The notes beneath the pieces were generated by a model, which saw only the letters and a list, made by a program, of their open reading frames with translations, ran no database searches and had not been told where the DNA came from. Positions 20,060-29,951 of a DNA stretch of 64,000 nt are shown here, one piece after another (position 1 is the stretch's first letter; every line of letters starts with the position of its first letter). Both the position numbers and the translations under genes were made by a program. The DNA is from Actinomycetes bacterium (GTDB lineage Bacteria; Actinomycetota; Acidimicrobiia; Acidimicrobiales; JABEUL01). The stretch is taken from contig JAJYFT010000003.1 in NCBI GenBank assembly GCA_021790815.1, positions 19,977-83,976 on the forward strand, read 5' to 3'.

Positions 20060-21880
20060 CTACTCTACAGTCACTGTCTTTGCTAAATTCCTTGGCCTAT
20101 CAACATCATTGCCATTGATCTGTGCCAACTCATAAGCTAGAAACTGCATAGGGATTATATCGATGATTGGGTGAAAGAGTTCGTGCGTAACAGGCACTTT
20201 AAAACAGTACTTAGTAAACTCTTCAGACGCGACAACAGCGATTAAAGCTCCTCTAGCTTTTACTTCTTCTAAATTACTCTTTACCTTATCTAAAAGTCTA
20301 TTCTTAGTCGCAATTCCAATTGCAACTACCTTGTCATCTACTAACGCTATGGGTCCGTGCTTAAGTTCTCCTGCGGCATAACCCTCAGCGTGCAAATAAG
20401 ATATCTCTTTGAGCTTGAGAGCTGCTTCTAAAGCAGTCGGATACCCAACATGTCTACCTAAAAAGAAAAAATCTTTAGAGTAAGAAATTTCTCTTGAAAT
20501 CTCTCTGTATGTCGTCTCACTCTTGAGTGTCTCATCTATTAGAAGAGGAACTGACGAAAGTTCATCAAAAAGCTTGTCAACTTCGCTAGGGTAAAGTGTT
20601 CCCCTCAATTCAGCTAATGCTAATGCTAGAATTTCTAACGCAGTAATTTGAGAAACATATGTTTTAGTAGCCGCAACCCCAACTTCAGGTCCAGCTCTTG
20701 TATAAAGAACTGTGTCAGCTTCCCGGCTAAGGGAAGAGTCCACTACATTTGAAATCGCAACTACGGTCGACTTCCATCTCTTAGCTTCTTTAATAGCTTG
20801 AAGTGTATCTATTGTCTCACCAGATTGGCTTACACCAACAACCAAAGTTCGTGAATCTAATATTGGATCTCTGTACCTAAACTCACTTGCAATATCAATT
20901 TCGACTTGGAGCCGAGTCCAGTGCTCTATAGCGTACTTAGCAACCATTGCTGCGTGAAAACTACTTCCACATGCTACTAAAAATATCTTTTCAATATCTC
21001 TTAGCTCTTGAGCACTTAGGCGCATTTCGTCAAAGACTAGAGTGGAAAGTTGTCCCTTTTTCCCTCTTAGGGTATCTGCGACAGCGGAGGGTTGTTCGTG
21101 GATCTCTTTGAGCATGAAAGTTTCATATCCGCCTTTTTCAGCTGCGTTCAGGTCCCAATTTACTTCCGTCCTTAAAATATCTGTTATTTCACCATTCGCA
21201 CTAACGACATTAATTTCTTGATCTTTGATATCAATACACTGGCCATCAAAGACAAGGTAAAACTCCGACACTTTGCCTAGAAGTGCCGGAATATCAGACG
21301 CAACAGCAATGAAGTCATCGGCAACTCCAATTATTAACGGTGAGATATTTTTTGCGACGGCTAATTCGTTGGGAAACTTTGAGCCAACTAATCCAATTGC
21401 ATAAGTTCCATGAAGTTGTGAAACGACTTTTGAAAGTATTTCACCAAGATTTTTACCGGCTTCTACAGACTCTTCAGCTAGGTGGGCTATGACTTCAGAG
21501 TCAGTATTTGAAGTAAACTCGTGACCTCGCTTTAGAAGTTCTTCTTTTAACTCGAAATGGTTCTCTATTATGCCATTGTGGACAATTGCAAATTCATTAT
21601 TGCAATCAAAAAGAGGATGTGCGTTTTCAATTGAGGGTTTGCCATGTGTTGCCCATCTTGTGTGACCGATTCCTAGCGTAGCCTTACAATCTTTAAGAAT
21701 TACATCAGTCGCTAATCTACTTAATGAGTCAGTTCCATTTGACTCTCTAAAACGAATTAACTCATTTTCACAAAGAACAACGCCTGCAGAATCATACCCA
21801 CGATACTCGAGTCTGCTTAATCCATCAATAATCAGACTAGCTACCGGTTCTTTTCCAACCACAGCAATGATGCCGCACAT
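20060..21880 (-). CDS. glmS: Glutamine-fructose-6-phosphate aminotransferase
   Basis: MCGII, EYRGYDSAG, HTRWATHG, PRNLAKTVTVE. Confidence 0.98.
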   Translation of the reverse strand: MCGIIAVVGKEPVASLIIDGLSRLEYRGYDSAGVVLCENELIRFRESNGTDSLSRLATDVILKDCKATLGIGHTRWATHGKPSIENAHPLFDCNNEFAIVHNGIIENHFELKEELLKRGHEFTSNTDSEVIAHLAEESVEAGKNLGEILSKVVSQLHGTYAIGLVGSKFPNELAVAKNISPLIIGVADDFIAVASDIPALLGKVSEFYLVFDGQCIDIKDQEINVVSANGEITDILRTEVNWDLNAAEKGGYETFMLKEIHEQPSAVADTLRGKKGQLSTLVFDEMRLSAQELRDIEKIFLVACGSSFHAAMVAKYAIEHWTRLQVEIDIASEFRYRDPILDSRTLVVGVSQSGETIDTLQAIKEAKRWKSTVVAISNVVDSSLSREADTVLYTRAGPEVGVAATKTYVSQITALEILALALAELRGTLYPSEVDKLFDELSSVPLLIDETLKSETTYREISREISYSKDFFFLGRHVGYPTALEAALKLKEISYLHAEGYAAGELKHGPIALVDDKVVAIGIATKNRLLDKVKSNLEEVKARGALIAVVASEEFTKYCFKVPVTHELFHPIIDIIPMQFLAYELAQINGNDVDRPRNLAKTVTVE

Positions 21881-21883
21881 ATT

Positions 21884-23230
21884 CTAAAGCCTAATACTAT
21901 TTTCTATGATGTGTTCCAACTCTGAAGCTACACTGTTTGCAATTTGATTAGCTCTGTCTTGTGTTGTCATCTCGACCATAACTCTTACTAACGGTTCAGT
22001 CCCACTTTGCCTTACAAATACTCGACCAGAGTTATTAATTGAGCTTTCTATATCGTGCAGAAATGACTTAAACTCGTTAGAGGATAAAAATTTACCTATA
22101 GATTCCCTGCTAACACCACTATGCCTTACATTCACCAGGGTTTGCGGATATTTCTCCATTGAATTTAGACGAAGTTCGTAAAGATATTTTTCCGATCTCT
22201 TCATTAAATCCAACATTAAGACTGCCGTTAAAATTCCATCGCCTGTTGAAGTAATATCACGTCTTATTATGTGGCCTGATTGCTCACCTCCGAGTGAAAG
22301 GTTATCTTTGATTAGAGCTTCAGAAACAAATTTGTCTCCAACTTCTGTTGTAACAACATCAATGCCTTTGTTTTTCATTGCTTCATAGAAACCAAAATTA
22401 CTCATTACCGTAACGACAACAGTATTTTTCTGAAGAGTCCTTCTGTCTCTCATGTCCTCAGCGAACATAGCAACAATATAATCTCCGTCAATCTCATTAA
22501 GATTCTCGTCAATTGCAATCATCCTATCCGCATCTCCATCAAATGCGATGCCTACGTATCCTGGACGTTTCTTAACTGCATCAACAAGACTTACTAAATT
22601 AGTCGCACCACATTGATCATTTATAGATACCCCATCATCAGAGTCGTTAATTACAAAAACTTCGGCCCCTAAAGATTCAAATATTGGCAAAGCAAATTTT
22701 GCAGATGCTCCATTTGCACAGTCAATGACAGTCTTAACCCCACTTAAAGAGTCCGTTACGGAATTTCTAATTTGATCCCGCCAGTAGAGAAGTTCGGATT
22801 GAGCTTGAGCAACTCGACCAATTCTTGAAGTTTTGTGTTTAGGAATTGCCTTTTCTATGTAGTTCTCTATCTCAATCTCCACACTCCGAGAAAGCTTAAA
22901 ACCATCATTTCCGACTAACTTAATACCATTGTCTAAATAGGGATTGTGAGAAGCCGAGATAACTGCACAGTTAAGTCCCAAATTCTTCGCTACGCTCATC
23001 ACAGCTGGTGTTGGCGCAATTCCAAGATCGAGTACGTCAACTCCGCTACTGTTTAATCCATCTGCTAGTGACTTCATAAGCGACGAACCAGATATTCGTG
23101 AATCCCTACCAACTACTATAGAATCAATGTTGAGCACGTACGCTACGGCCTCACCAAGCAAACGCATAAACTCATTAGTTAGCTCAATGTCAGCAACTCC
23201 ACGGATCCCGTCGGTGCCAAATTTTAACAA
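21884..23230 (-). CDS. glmM: Phosphoglucosamine mutase
   Basis: FGTDGIRG, SASHNP, DGDADR, GGEQSGH. Confidence 0.97.
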   Translation of the reverse strand: MLKFGTDGIRGVADIELTNEFMRLLGEAVAYVLNIDSIVVGRDSRISGSSLMKSLADGLNSSGVDVLDLGIAPTPAVMSVAKNLGLNCAVISASHNPYLDNGIKLVGNDGFKLSRSVEIEIENYIEKAIPKHKTSRIGRVAQAQSELLYWRDQIRNSVTDSLSGVKTVIDCANGASAKFALPIFESLGAEVFVINDSDDGVSINDQCGATNLVSLVDAVKKRPGYVGIAFDGDADRMIAIDENLNEIDGDYIVAMFAEDMRDRRTLQKNTVVVTVMSNFGFYEAMKNKGIDVVTTEVGDKFVSEALIKDNLSLGGEQSGHIIRRDITSTGDGILTAVLMLDLMKRSEKYLYELRLNSMEKYPQTLVNVRHSGVSRESIGKFLSSNEFKSFLHDIESSINNSGRVFVRQSGTEPLVRVMVEMTTQDRANQIANSVASELEHIIENSIRL

Positions 23231-23234
23231 ATGA

Positions 23235-23627
23235 CTATCTCTTTGAATACTGAGGAGCTTTTCGTGCTTTCTTTAGTCCGTACTTCTTAGACTCTTTCTC
23301 TCTGGCATCTCTAGTCAAAAAACCAGAACGTTTGAGGTCTGGCCTCTTTTCAGGTATTACCTCAATTATTGCTCTAGCTATTCCAAGTTTTAATGCTCCG
23401 GCTTGACCGGATAGTCCGCCACCACAGATAGTTGCATCAACGTCATAGGTATCATGTATCTTTGCTATCACTAGAGGCTGGGTAACCAACACTTGGTGCA
23501 CTTTAGATGGAAAGTACTCGTTTAGAGGTCTTTTGTTGATGGTAATTATTCCAGACCCAGAGCGAATCCTTACTCTTGCGATAGCTGACTTACGTCGACC
23601 TGTTGATTGTGTTAAAGGTTGTGACAT
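23235..23627 (-). CDS. rpsI: Ribosomal protein uS9
   Basis: [17 protein letters not shown]. Confidence 0.99.
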   Translation of the reverse strand: MSQPLTQSTGRRKSAIARVRIRSGSGIITINKRPLNEYFPSKVHQVLVTQPLVIAKIHDTYDVDATICGGGLSGQAGALKLGIARAIIEVIPEKRPDLKRSGFLTRDAREKESKKYGLKKARKAPQYSKR

Positions 23628-23636
23628 TTCTAACTC

Positions 23637-24086
23637 CTATGATGCCCTTTTTGCTGAAGGCAGTTCCAACTTTATAGGTGTTTGGGCCTGATGAGGATGG
23701 CTGTCGCTCGCATACACGTGAAGTTTTTTTAACATTTGCCGACCTAAACTTGTTTTTGGCAACATACCTCGAACAGTAATTTTCAATAGTTCCTCTGGTC
23801 TCTTCTCGAGTAGATCAGCATAACTCTCTTTTCTCAAACCTCCAGGATACCCAGAGTGACGATAAGCAAAAGTATTGTCTGCTTTTCTTGCAGTCATTAC
23901 AAGTTTTGACGCATTGACCACTATTACATTATCACCAGTATCGAGATGCGGCGCATAGCCTGGCCTGTGCTTGCCCATCAAAACTGTTGCAATTTCACTT
24001 GCAAGGCGACCTAATACCATGCCATCTGCATCCACTAAGTGCCACTCTCTTTTGATTTCTTTACCTTTTGGGGAAAACGTAGTCAA
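23637..24086 (-). CDS. rplM: Ribosomal protein uL13
   Basis: WHLVDA, LGRLAS, HSGYPGG. Confidence 0.99.
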   Translation of the reverse strand: MTTFSPKGKEIKREWHLVDADGMVLGRLASEIATVLMGKHRPGYAPHLDTGDNVIVVNASKLVMTARKADNTFAYRHSGYPGGLRKESYADLLEKRPEELLKITVRGMLPKTSLGRQMLKKLHVYASDSHPHQAQTPIKLELPSAKRAS

Positions 24087-24154
24087 AGATTCTCCATTTC
24101 CTAGACTTTTATTGCCACTAAAACATTCCGTTAAGCTTATTTTCTTGTATTAAT

Positions 24155-24961
24155 TTAAGCAAGCCATTTTAGGGGCGACGTAATATTATAGCGCACTTTA
24201 TGAAGATACAATCCATCTGGAGGTGCGATATGCTTTATTGCGCTTCTGTCTTCTTGACTTTGGGCTTTCTTAAGTACTGAGGCAGGTATCTTACTCAATC
24301 CAACTTCAACGAGTGTCCCAATAATAGACCTAACCATTTGGTGACAAAAAGAACTAGCTGTCAAAGTAAACTCAAGAATATCGTTTGCATTTCTGACAAG
24401 GGATACATCGTAAACTCGTCTTACAAGAGAAACTTCTTTATCTTTTGGTTTGCGACAAAAGCTTGCAAAACTATGCTCCCCAATTAAGCTGTCACAAGCA
24501 AGATTCATCACTTTTAGATCAAGTTCTTGGCCAATATGCCAAACATAACCTTGTTCCCAAGGAAACCTGTCAAAACTCTCTCGAATGTAGTACTTATATG
24601 TTCGGCTAACCGCACTATAGCGAGCATGAAATTCATTGGGAACTTGATCGATTTCTTTTATAAATATATGTGGAAAAACTATGGAGTTCAAACTCTTTTT
24701 AATCTTCGTAAAATCAATCTCATCCAAGCTAAATCTTAAGCCATCTTTTGGACATTCGATATGGACAACCTGGCCAAATGCATGAACACCTGCATCAGTT
24801 CTGCCTGCACAAAATATTTCGAACTCTTGACCAAACACCTTTGAGTAAGCACTTCTTAATTCAGATGCGACAGTAGAAAGGTTAGGTTGATACTGAAAAC
24901 CATGGAAACTCCTACCATCATAGGCAAGGAGTGAAGCGATTTTTACAATGCCTTCAGGCAA
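24155..24961 (-). CDS. truA: tRNA pseudouridine(38-40) synthase
   Basis: YDG..FHGFQ, AGRTDAGVHA, FHARYSA, HQMVR. Confidence 0.97.
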   Translation of the reverse strand: MPEGIVKIASLLAYDGRSFHGFQYQPNLSTVASELRSAYSKVFGQEFEIFCAGRTDAGVHAFGQVVHIECPKDGLRFSLDEIDFTKIKKSLNSIVFPHIFIKEIDQVPNEFHARYSAVSRTYKYYIRESFDRFPWEQGYVWHIGQELDLKVMNLACDSLIGEHSFASFCRKPKDKEVSLVRRVYDVSLVRNANDILEFTLTASSFCHQMVRSIIGTLVEVGLSKIPASVLKKAQSQEDRSAIKHIAPPDGLYLHKVRYNITSPLKWLA

Positions 24962-24980
24962 AGCTTACAGCGTCTTGAAA

Positions 24981-25334
24981 TCAGACTAGCTCTATACGAG
25001 CCATTGGTGCATTGTCTCCCTGTCTTGGACCCAACTTAAGAATTCTGGTGTAACCGCCATTTCTCTCAGTGTATCTGGGGCCAATTTCGTTGAAGAGTTT
25101 ATACGCCATATCCTTATCACGAATAAGTGCAACGACTCTTCGGTGATCCGCAACTTCACCTCTTTTTGCAGCAGTTATTACTTTTTCAGCAACAGGTCGC
25201 AAAGCTTTTGCTTTTGCTTCTGTAGTGACAATCGCCTCTGCTGCAATCAGTGACGCAACGAGGTTGCCCATCATTGCTTTAGCATGAGCTGCGTCACCAC
25301 CAAATCTTGCACCTTTTTTTGGCTTACCACGCAT
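24981..25334 (-). CDS. rplQ: Ribosomal protein bL17
   Basis: [17 protein letters not shown]. Confidence 0.98.
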   Translation of the reverse strand: MRGKPKKGARFGGDAAHAKAMMGNLVASLIAAEAIVTTEAKAKALRPVAEKVITAAKRGEVADHRRVVALIRDKDMAYKLFNEIGPRYTERNGGYTRILKLGPRQGDNAPMARIELV

Positions 25335-26279
25335 TTATATCCCCTGAAACCCTCTGAGCGTAAGACCACGCTCATCTAGCTTAACAATTACTTCATCAAG
25401 TGACTTTTGCCCAAAGTTGGTTAGGGTTAGCAACTCTTCAACACTTCGCTGTAGAAGTTCACCGATGGTATTAATCTGAGCTCTCTTAAGACAGTTGCGA
25501 GGTCTTTCAGTAAGATCAAGATCTTCAATCGGAAGGTCCAGATCAGGTGAAGATGAGTTACTTGACGATACTTCCCCTAATTCAAGCCCTATTGGCTGAT
25601 CACTAAGACTTGCAATCAGTCCCACAAGATTCTTCAACGTTTCGCCCGCTGAGGCAAGTGCCTCACGTGGCGTAATCGAACCATCGGTCTCAACATCTAA
25701 GATTAGCTTGTCGTAGTTTGTTGCCATTTCAACCCTAGTCGTCTCCACAGAAAGAGCTACTCGTCTAACAGGTGAGAAAATAGCATCTACTGGTATTACA
25801 CCAATAGTATTCGAACGGCTTGTTCTGTCTGCAGATAGATAACCACGTCCCTGTTCGACAGTAAGATCCATTGCAACTCGACCTTTTTCGTTTACGGTTG
25901 CTATTACAAGATCACCGTTGAGTATTTCAACATCGCTAGATAGTTGGATGTCGCGAGCAAGGACCTGAGCGGGTCCACGCACGTCAAGTCTTAGTGTAAC
26001 TGGCTCTTCTGAATAGCACTGCAGCACAATATCCTTGATATTTAAAATTATGTCAGCCACATCTTCTTTTATCCCAGGTAACGATGTAAACTCATGAAGA
26101 GCGTCATCAAACCTTACCTGTGTAATTGCAGCACCTGGTATTGAAGACAATAACGTTCTTCTTAGCGAGTTGCCTATCGTGTGACCAAAACCAGGCTCAA
26201 GAGGGCTAACAACAAACTTTTGTCTATTGCCAACTTCATCGTCCAATGCCTCTACAGTTGGCCTTTGTATAATTAACAT
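25335..26279 (-). CDS. rpoA: RNA polymerase alpha subunit
   Basis: PLEPGFGHTIGNSLRRTLLSSIPG, NFGQKSLDE. Confidence 0.99.
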   Translation of the reverse strand: MLIIQRPTVEALDDEVGNRQKFVVSPLEPGFGHTIGNSLRRTLLSSIPGAAITQVRFDDALHEFTSLPGIKEDVADIILNIKDIVLQCYSEEPVTLRLDVRGPAQVLARDIQLSSDVEILNGDLVIATVNEKGRVAMDLTVEQGRGYLSADRTSRSNTIGVIPVDAIFSPVRRVALSVETTRVEMATNYDKLILDVETDGSITPREALASAGETLKNLVGLIASLSDQPIGLELGEVSSSNSSSPDLDLPIEDLDLTERPRNCLKRAQINTIGELLQRSVEELLTLTNFGQKSLDEVIVKLDERGLTLRGFQGI

Positions 26280-26347
26280 TTATTCTCCTTAGTCCCTTTC
26301 TTCGGCTAACTTTTAAATCTCTTTTGTTTAGACAATCTTCAATAAAA

Positions 26348-26974
26348 CTACTTCGAGTAAAGTTCGACTATTAGTTGCTCACGAATTGGAGCGTCGACGT
26401 GTTCTCTCAAAGGAAGATTTAATACAGTTATAGAAGTTTTATCTTCAGACCTTTCTAACCATGCAGGTACAGCTCGATCAATTGTGTCAAAATTATGCCG
26501 AATAACAATAAATGATTTTGCCACCTCTGAAAGGCTTATGACGTCCCCAACCTTTACCCTATAACTAGGTATGGTAACTTTTTTTCCATTGACTAAAACA
26601 TGACCGTGTCTAACGAACTGTCTTGACTGACTCCTACTTGAACCCCACACCGCCCTAAAAGCCACGTTGTCCAATCTCGTTTCTAAAATTCTTAAAAGTG
26701 TCTCACCCGTGATACCTGATAGACGGTTAGCCTCTTCATAACAATTAGCAAACTGAGTTTCTAAAATTCCATATATTCGGCGTGCCTTCTGCTTTTCTCT
26801 CAGCTGACCTAAGTACTCACTTCCCTGACGTGACCTATCCCTACCATGTTCACCCGGTGGGTATGGCCTTCTCGTAACTGGACACTTTGGTGTATCACAC
26901 TTGGGTCCCTTTAGAAAGAGTTGAACTTTTTCACGTCGGCACAATCTGCAAACCGGACCAGTATATCTTGCCAT
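26348..26974 (-). CDS. rpsD: Ribosomal protein uS4 (Zn-binding form)
   Basis: MARYTGPVCRLCRRE, QLREKQK, IVELYSK. Confidence 0.99.
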   Translation of the reverse strand: MARYTGPVCRLCRREKVQLFLKGPKCDTPKCPVTRRPYPPGEHGRDRSRQGSEYLGQLREKQKARRIYGILETQFANCYEEANRLSGITGETLLRILETRLDNVAFRAVWGSSRSQSRQFVRHGHVLVNGKKVTIPSYRVKVGDVISLSEVAKSFIVIRHNFDTIDRAVPAWLERSEDKTSITVLNLPLREHVDAPIREQLIVELYSK

Positions 26975-27379
26975 TTAAACTCTCCTCCTCTTCTTGGGAC
27001 GACAGCCGTTGTGAGGCATTGGAGTAACATCTTTTGTCGATACAACTTCAATACCGGCTGCTACTAAGGATCTAATAGCTGTCTCACGTCCAGACCCTGG
27101 CCCTCTAACCAAAACATCAACACGCTGAACTCCATGCTCCATAGCTCGCTTAGCACACGCTTCAGCCGCCATTTGCGCAGCAAACGGAGTTGACTTTCTC
27201 GAACCTTTAAATCCAACGTTGCCCGCCGACGACCAAGCCAGAACGTTTCCATCTGTATCAGAAATTGAAACAATCGTATTGTTGAACGAACTTTTTATGT
27301 GCGCAACTCCATAAGCAACATGCTTCTTCTCGCGCTTCTTTGCCTTCCTGCCACCCTGCTGTTTCGCTGGTTTCGCCAT
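26975..27379 (-). CDS. rpsK: Ribosomal protein uS11
   Basis: [21 protein letters not shown]. Confidence 0.99.
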   Translation of the reverse strand: MAKPAKQQGGRKAKKREKKHVAYGVAHIKSSFNNTIVSISDTDGNVLAWSSAGNVGFKGSRKSTPFAAQMAAEACAKRAMEHGVQRVDVLVRGPGSGRETAIRSLVAAGIEVVSTKDVTPMPHNGCRPKKRRRV

Positions 27380-27396
27380 CTAACTAATTACCATTT

Positions 27397-27774
27397 CTAC
27401 TTACGAACCTTCTTCTTTCCTGCAACTGTTTTCTTGGGTCCTTTCCGTGTTCGGGCGTTAGTGTGTGTTCTTTGCCCTCTAACAGGAAGACCTCTCCTAT
27501 GTCGGATGCCTTGGTAGCAACCAATGTCCATCTTCCTTTTTTTGTCACTTGCTACATCGCGTCTTAAATCACCCTCAACTTTTAAGTTTTCATCAATAAA
27601 AGCACGGATCTTGTTTATCTCTTCGTCAGTTAAATCTCTAACTTTTGTATCAACCGAAATCTCAGTCACTTCACAAATATTCTTTGCTTCTGATCTCCCA
27701 ATTCCAAAAATATAGGTTAAAGCAATCTCTAACCTTTTATCTCTTGGGATGTCAACACCTGCAATACGCGCCAT
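27397..27774 (-). CDS. rpsM: Ribosomal protein uS13
   Basis: [19 protein letters not shown]; start moved to ATG 27774. Confidence 0.99.
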   Translation of the reverse strand: MARIAGVDIPRDKRLEIALTYIFGIGRSEAKNICEVTEISVDTKVRDLTDEEINKIRAFIDENLKVEGDLRRDVASDKKRKMDIGCYQGIRHRRGLPVRGQRTHTNARTRKGPKKTVAGKKKVRK

Positions 27775-27775
27775 G

Positions 27776-27889
27776 CTAGCCCTGCCTTTGCTTGTGACGT
27801 GGGTTCTCACAAATGACCATTACAACTCTGTGTCTTCTGATCACCTTACATTTTTCACATATCGGTTTTACGCTTGGACGAACTTTCAT
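27776..27889 (-). CDS. rpmJ: Ribosomal protein bL36 (not in the ORF track)
   Basis: Translated by hand: [37 protein letters not shown]. Confidence 0.98.
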   Translation of the reverse strand: MKVRPSVKPICEKCKVIRRHRVVMVICENPRHKQRQG

Positions 27890-27929
27890 CTTTTCTCTCT
27901 TAAAATTGGAATATAAATGTCTTTAAAAT

Positions 27930-28154
27930 TTATTTATAACGGTATGTTATGCGACCTCTATTGAGGTCATATGGAGTTATTTCAACCTGCACTCGATCAC
28001 CCGAAAGTATCCGTATTCTATGCATCCTCATCTTACCTGACGAATGTGCGAGAATCTTATGACCATTCTCGAGTTCAACTCTGAACATAGCATTAGGAAG
28101 CGGCTCAACAACCGTACCTTCTAACACTATTGCCTCTTCTTTAGCTTTTTGCAG
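27930..28154 (-). CDS. infA: Translation initiation factor IF-1, probable CTG start
   Basis: [30 protein letters not shown]; GGAGG-tatat-CTG at 28154 gives 74 aa. Confidence 0.97.
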   Translation of the reverse strand: MQKAKEEAIVLEGTVVEPLPNAMFRVELENGHKILAHSSGKMRMHRIRILSGDRVQVEITPYDLNRGRITYRYK

Positions 28155-28282
28155 ATATACCTCCGTGTAGTTTGCTAATTTAGCTATTTACAATAATTTA
28201 GAAATAACTTCATCAGACTAAAATTTACGCTTTTTTATAACAAATACCTTCGTTACATAGCGCGAACTTATATAATAGCACG

Positions 28283-29023
28283 TTACAAACGTGTCAAAAT
28301 CTCTGGTCCAGATTCCGTCACCGCAATTGTGTGCTCAAAGTGTGCAGAAAGTAGACCGTCCTTTGTAACGACACTCCAGCCATCGTCTAAAACCCGAGTC
28401 TCATACCCTCCTTCATTGACCATCGGCTCTACTGCAAAAACGTGACCTTCTCTTAAAATTGGTCCTGGGCTGCCCGGCCAATAGTTTGTGACCTGGGGTT
28501 CTTCGTGCATTTGTGTTCCAATTGCATGGCCAACATACTCACGAACAACTGAATAACCGGCAGAAACTGCGACCTTTTCAACGGCTCTTCCAATCTCATT
28601 CAATCTATTTCCTGAAAACATCTGGTCAATTCCTGCATAAAGAGCCTTTTCCGTTACATCAATTAACCTGCTAACTCTTTCAGAAACTTTTCCCACTCCC
28701 ATTGAAAACGCAGCATCTCCATGGTATCCATCGACTATCGCGCCACAGTCAATCGATATAAGATCACCTTCTTCAAGCCGATATCCGCCAGGTATTCCAT
28801 GGACAATCATGCTGTTAGGCGAGGAACAAATTGTGGCAGGAAAACCATGGTATCCAAGGAAATTTGACTTAGCTAATCTCTTATCTAGAACGTCTCGTGA
28901 GATTTTATCAAGCTCTAAAGTTGTAACTCCAGGAACAATTTTTTCTTTTATTTTTTCGTGAATTTCGGCAACAACTTTGCCAGCCTTTCTCATTTTCTCA
29001 ATCTCATCTTTCGAACGCCTCAA
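28283..29023 (-). CDS. map: Methionine aminopeptidase type I
   Basis: VHGIP, DCGA, HGDAA, GHAIG, HEEP, AHFEHT; start TTG 29023 (29038 also possible). Confidence 0.97.
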   Translation of the reverse strand: MRRSKDEIEKMRKAGKVVAEIHEKIKEKIVPGVTTLELDKISRDVLDKRLAKSNFLGYHGFPATICSSPNSMIVHGIPGGYRLEEGDLISIDCGAIVDGYHGDAAFSMGVGKVSERVSRLIDVTEKALYAGIDQMFSGNRLNEIGRAVEKVAVSAGYSVVREYVGHAIGTQMHEEPQVTNYWPGSPGPILREGHVFAVEPMVNEGGYETRVLDDGWSVVTKDGLLSAHFEHTIAVTESGPEILTRL

Positions 29024-29285
29024 TTTACACCCACCCAAAAAGTGATACCACTTTTAATAGCCATCTCAAATATTCTCATCAGGTAGTCTCACTAGTTCTT
29101 CTATTCGTGTCAATTTGATATAAATACATAATTTGCAACTCGTAAAAAATAGTCCTCTAAAACAAATATCCTGAGAGCAACTTTCGATCAATAAAAATGC
29201 CACGCTGCCGTACTTGCTTTGCACATACTATATGATTCAAAATATTCCTTTGTTGCAACTGGTTCACAATAGCTATTGTAATGAG

Positions 29286-29951
29286 TCAGTTTCGACTAAG
29301 TTTCGATTCAATAGCTTTTATGACCCTCGAAAGGACAACATCAGCAGTCCCAACTCCGTTAATAGTAGACAAAAGTGACTTCTCACGATAGAAGTCTACA
29401 AGTGGTGCAGTTTGTTCATCATAAAGAGTAAGCCTTCTAATAATTGCATCTTCTGTATCGTCATCTCTTTGGATGACTTCACCACCGCAAATATCGCATG
29501 TCCAATTAATTTTAGGAGGTTGAGAAGTCGAATATACAGCCTGGCAATCAATACATACTCTCCTTGATGCAAGCCTTCTTAATACAACACCAGTGGGAAC
29601 CTCTAGGTCAACTACTAGGTTAAGACTCAAAGGAAGGAGCATCTCTTCTAGGAGTACTGCCTGAGAAACAGTTCTAGGGTATCCATCCAAAATAAACCCT
29701 TTCTCCCTTGCGCCGTCTCTGTCCAATCTCTCAGCAACCATCTTATTTACAACTTCATCAGGTATAAGCTCACCTTTTTCCATTGATTTCTTTGCTTCAA
29801 GGCCTAATACAGTTTCAGCCCTCACAGCTGCTCTAAGCATGTCACCAGTCGCGATATGTGGGACAGCATAAAAACGTGACAATCGAACACATTGAGTTCC
29901 TTTTCCTGCGCCCTGTTTTCCCAGGACAACTACAAATGCCCCCTTGTTCAC
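29286..29951 (-). CDS. adk: Adenylate kinase with long Zn-binding LID
   Basis: GKQGAGKGTQ, LDGYPR, CIDC..CDIC. Confidence 0.98.
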   Translation of the reverse strand: MNKGAFVVVLGKQGAGKGTQCVRLSRFYAVPHIATGDMLRAAVRAETVLGLEAKKSMEKGELIPDEVVNKMVAERLDRDGAREKGFILDGYPRTVSQAVLLEEMLLPLSLNLVVDLEVPTGVVLRRLASRRVCIDCQAVYSTSQPPKINWTCDICGGEVIQRDDDTEDAIIRRLTLYDEQTAPLVDFYREKSLLSTINGVGTADVVLSRVIKAIESKLSRN

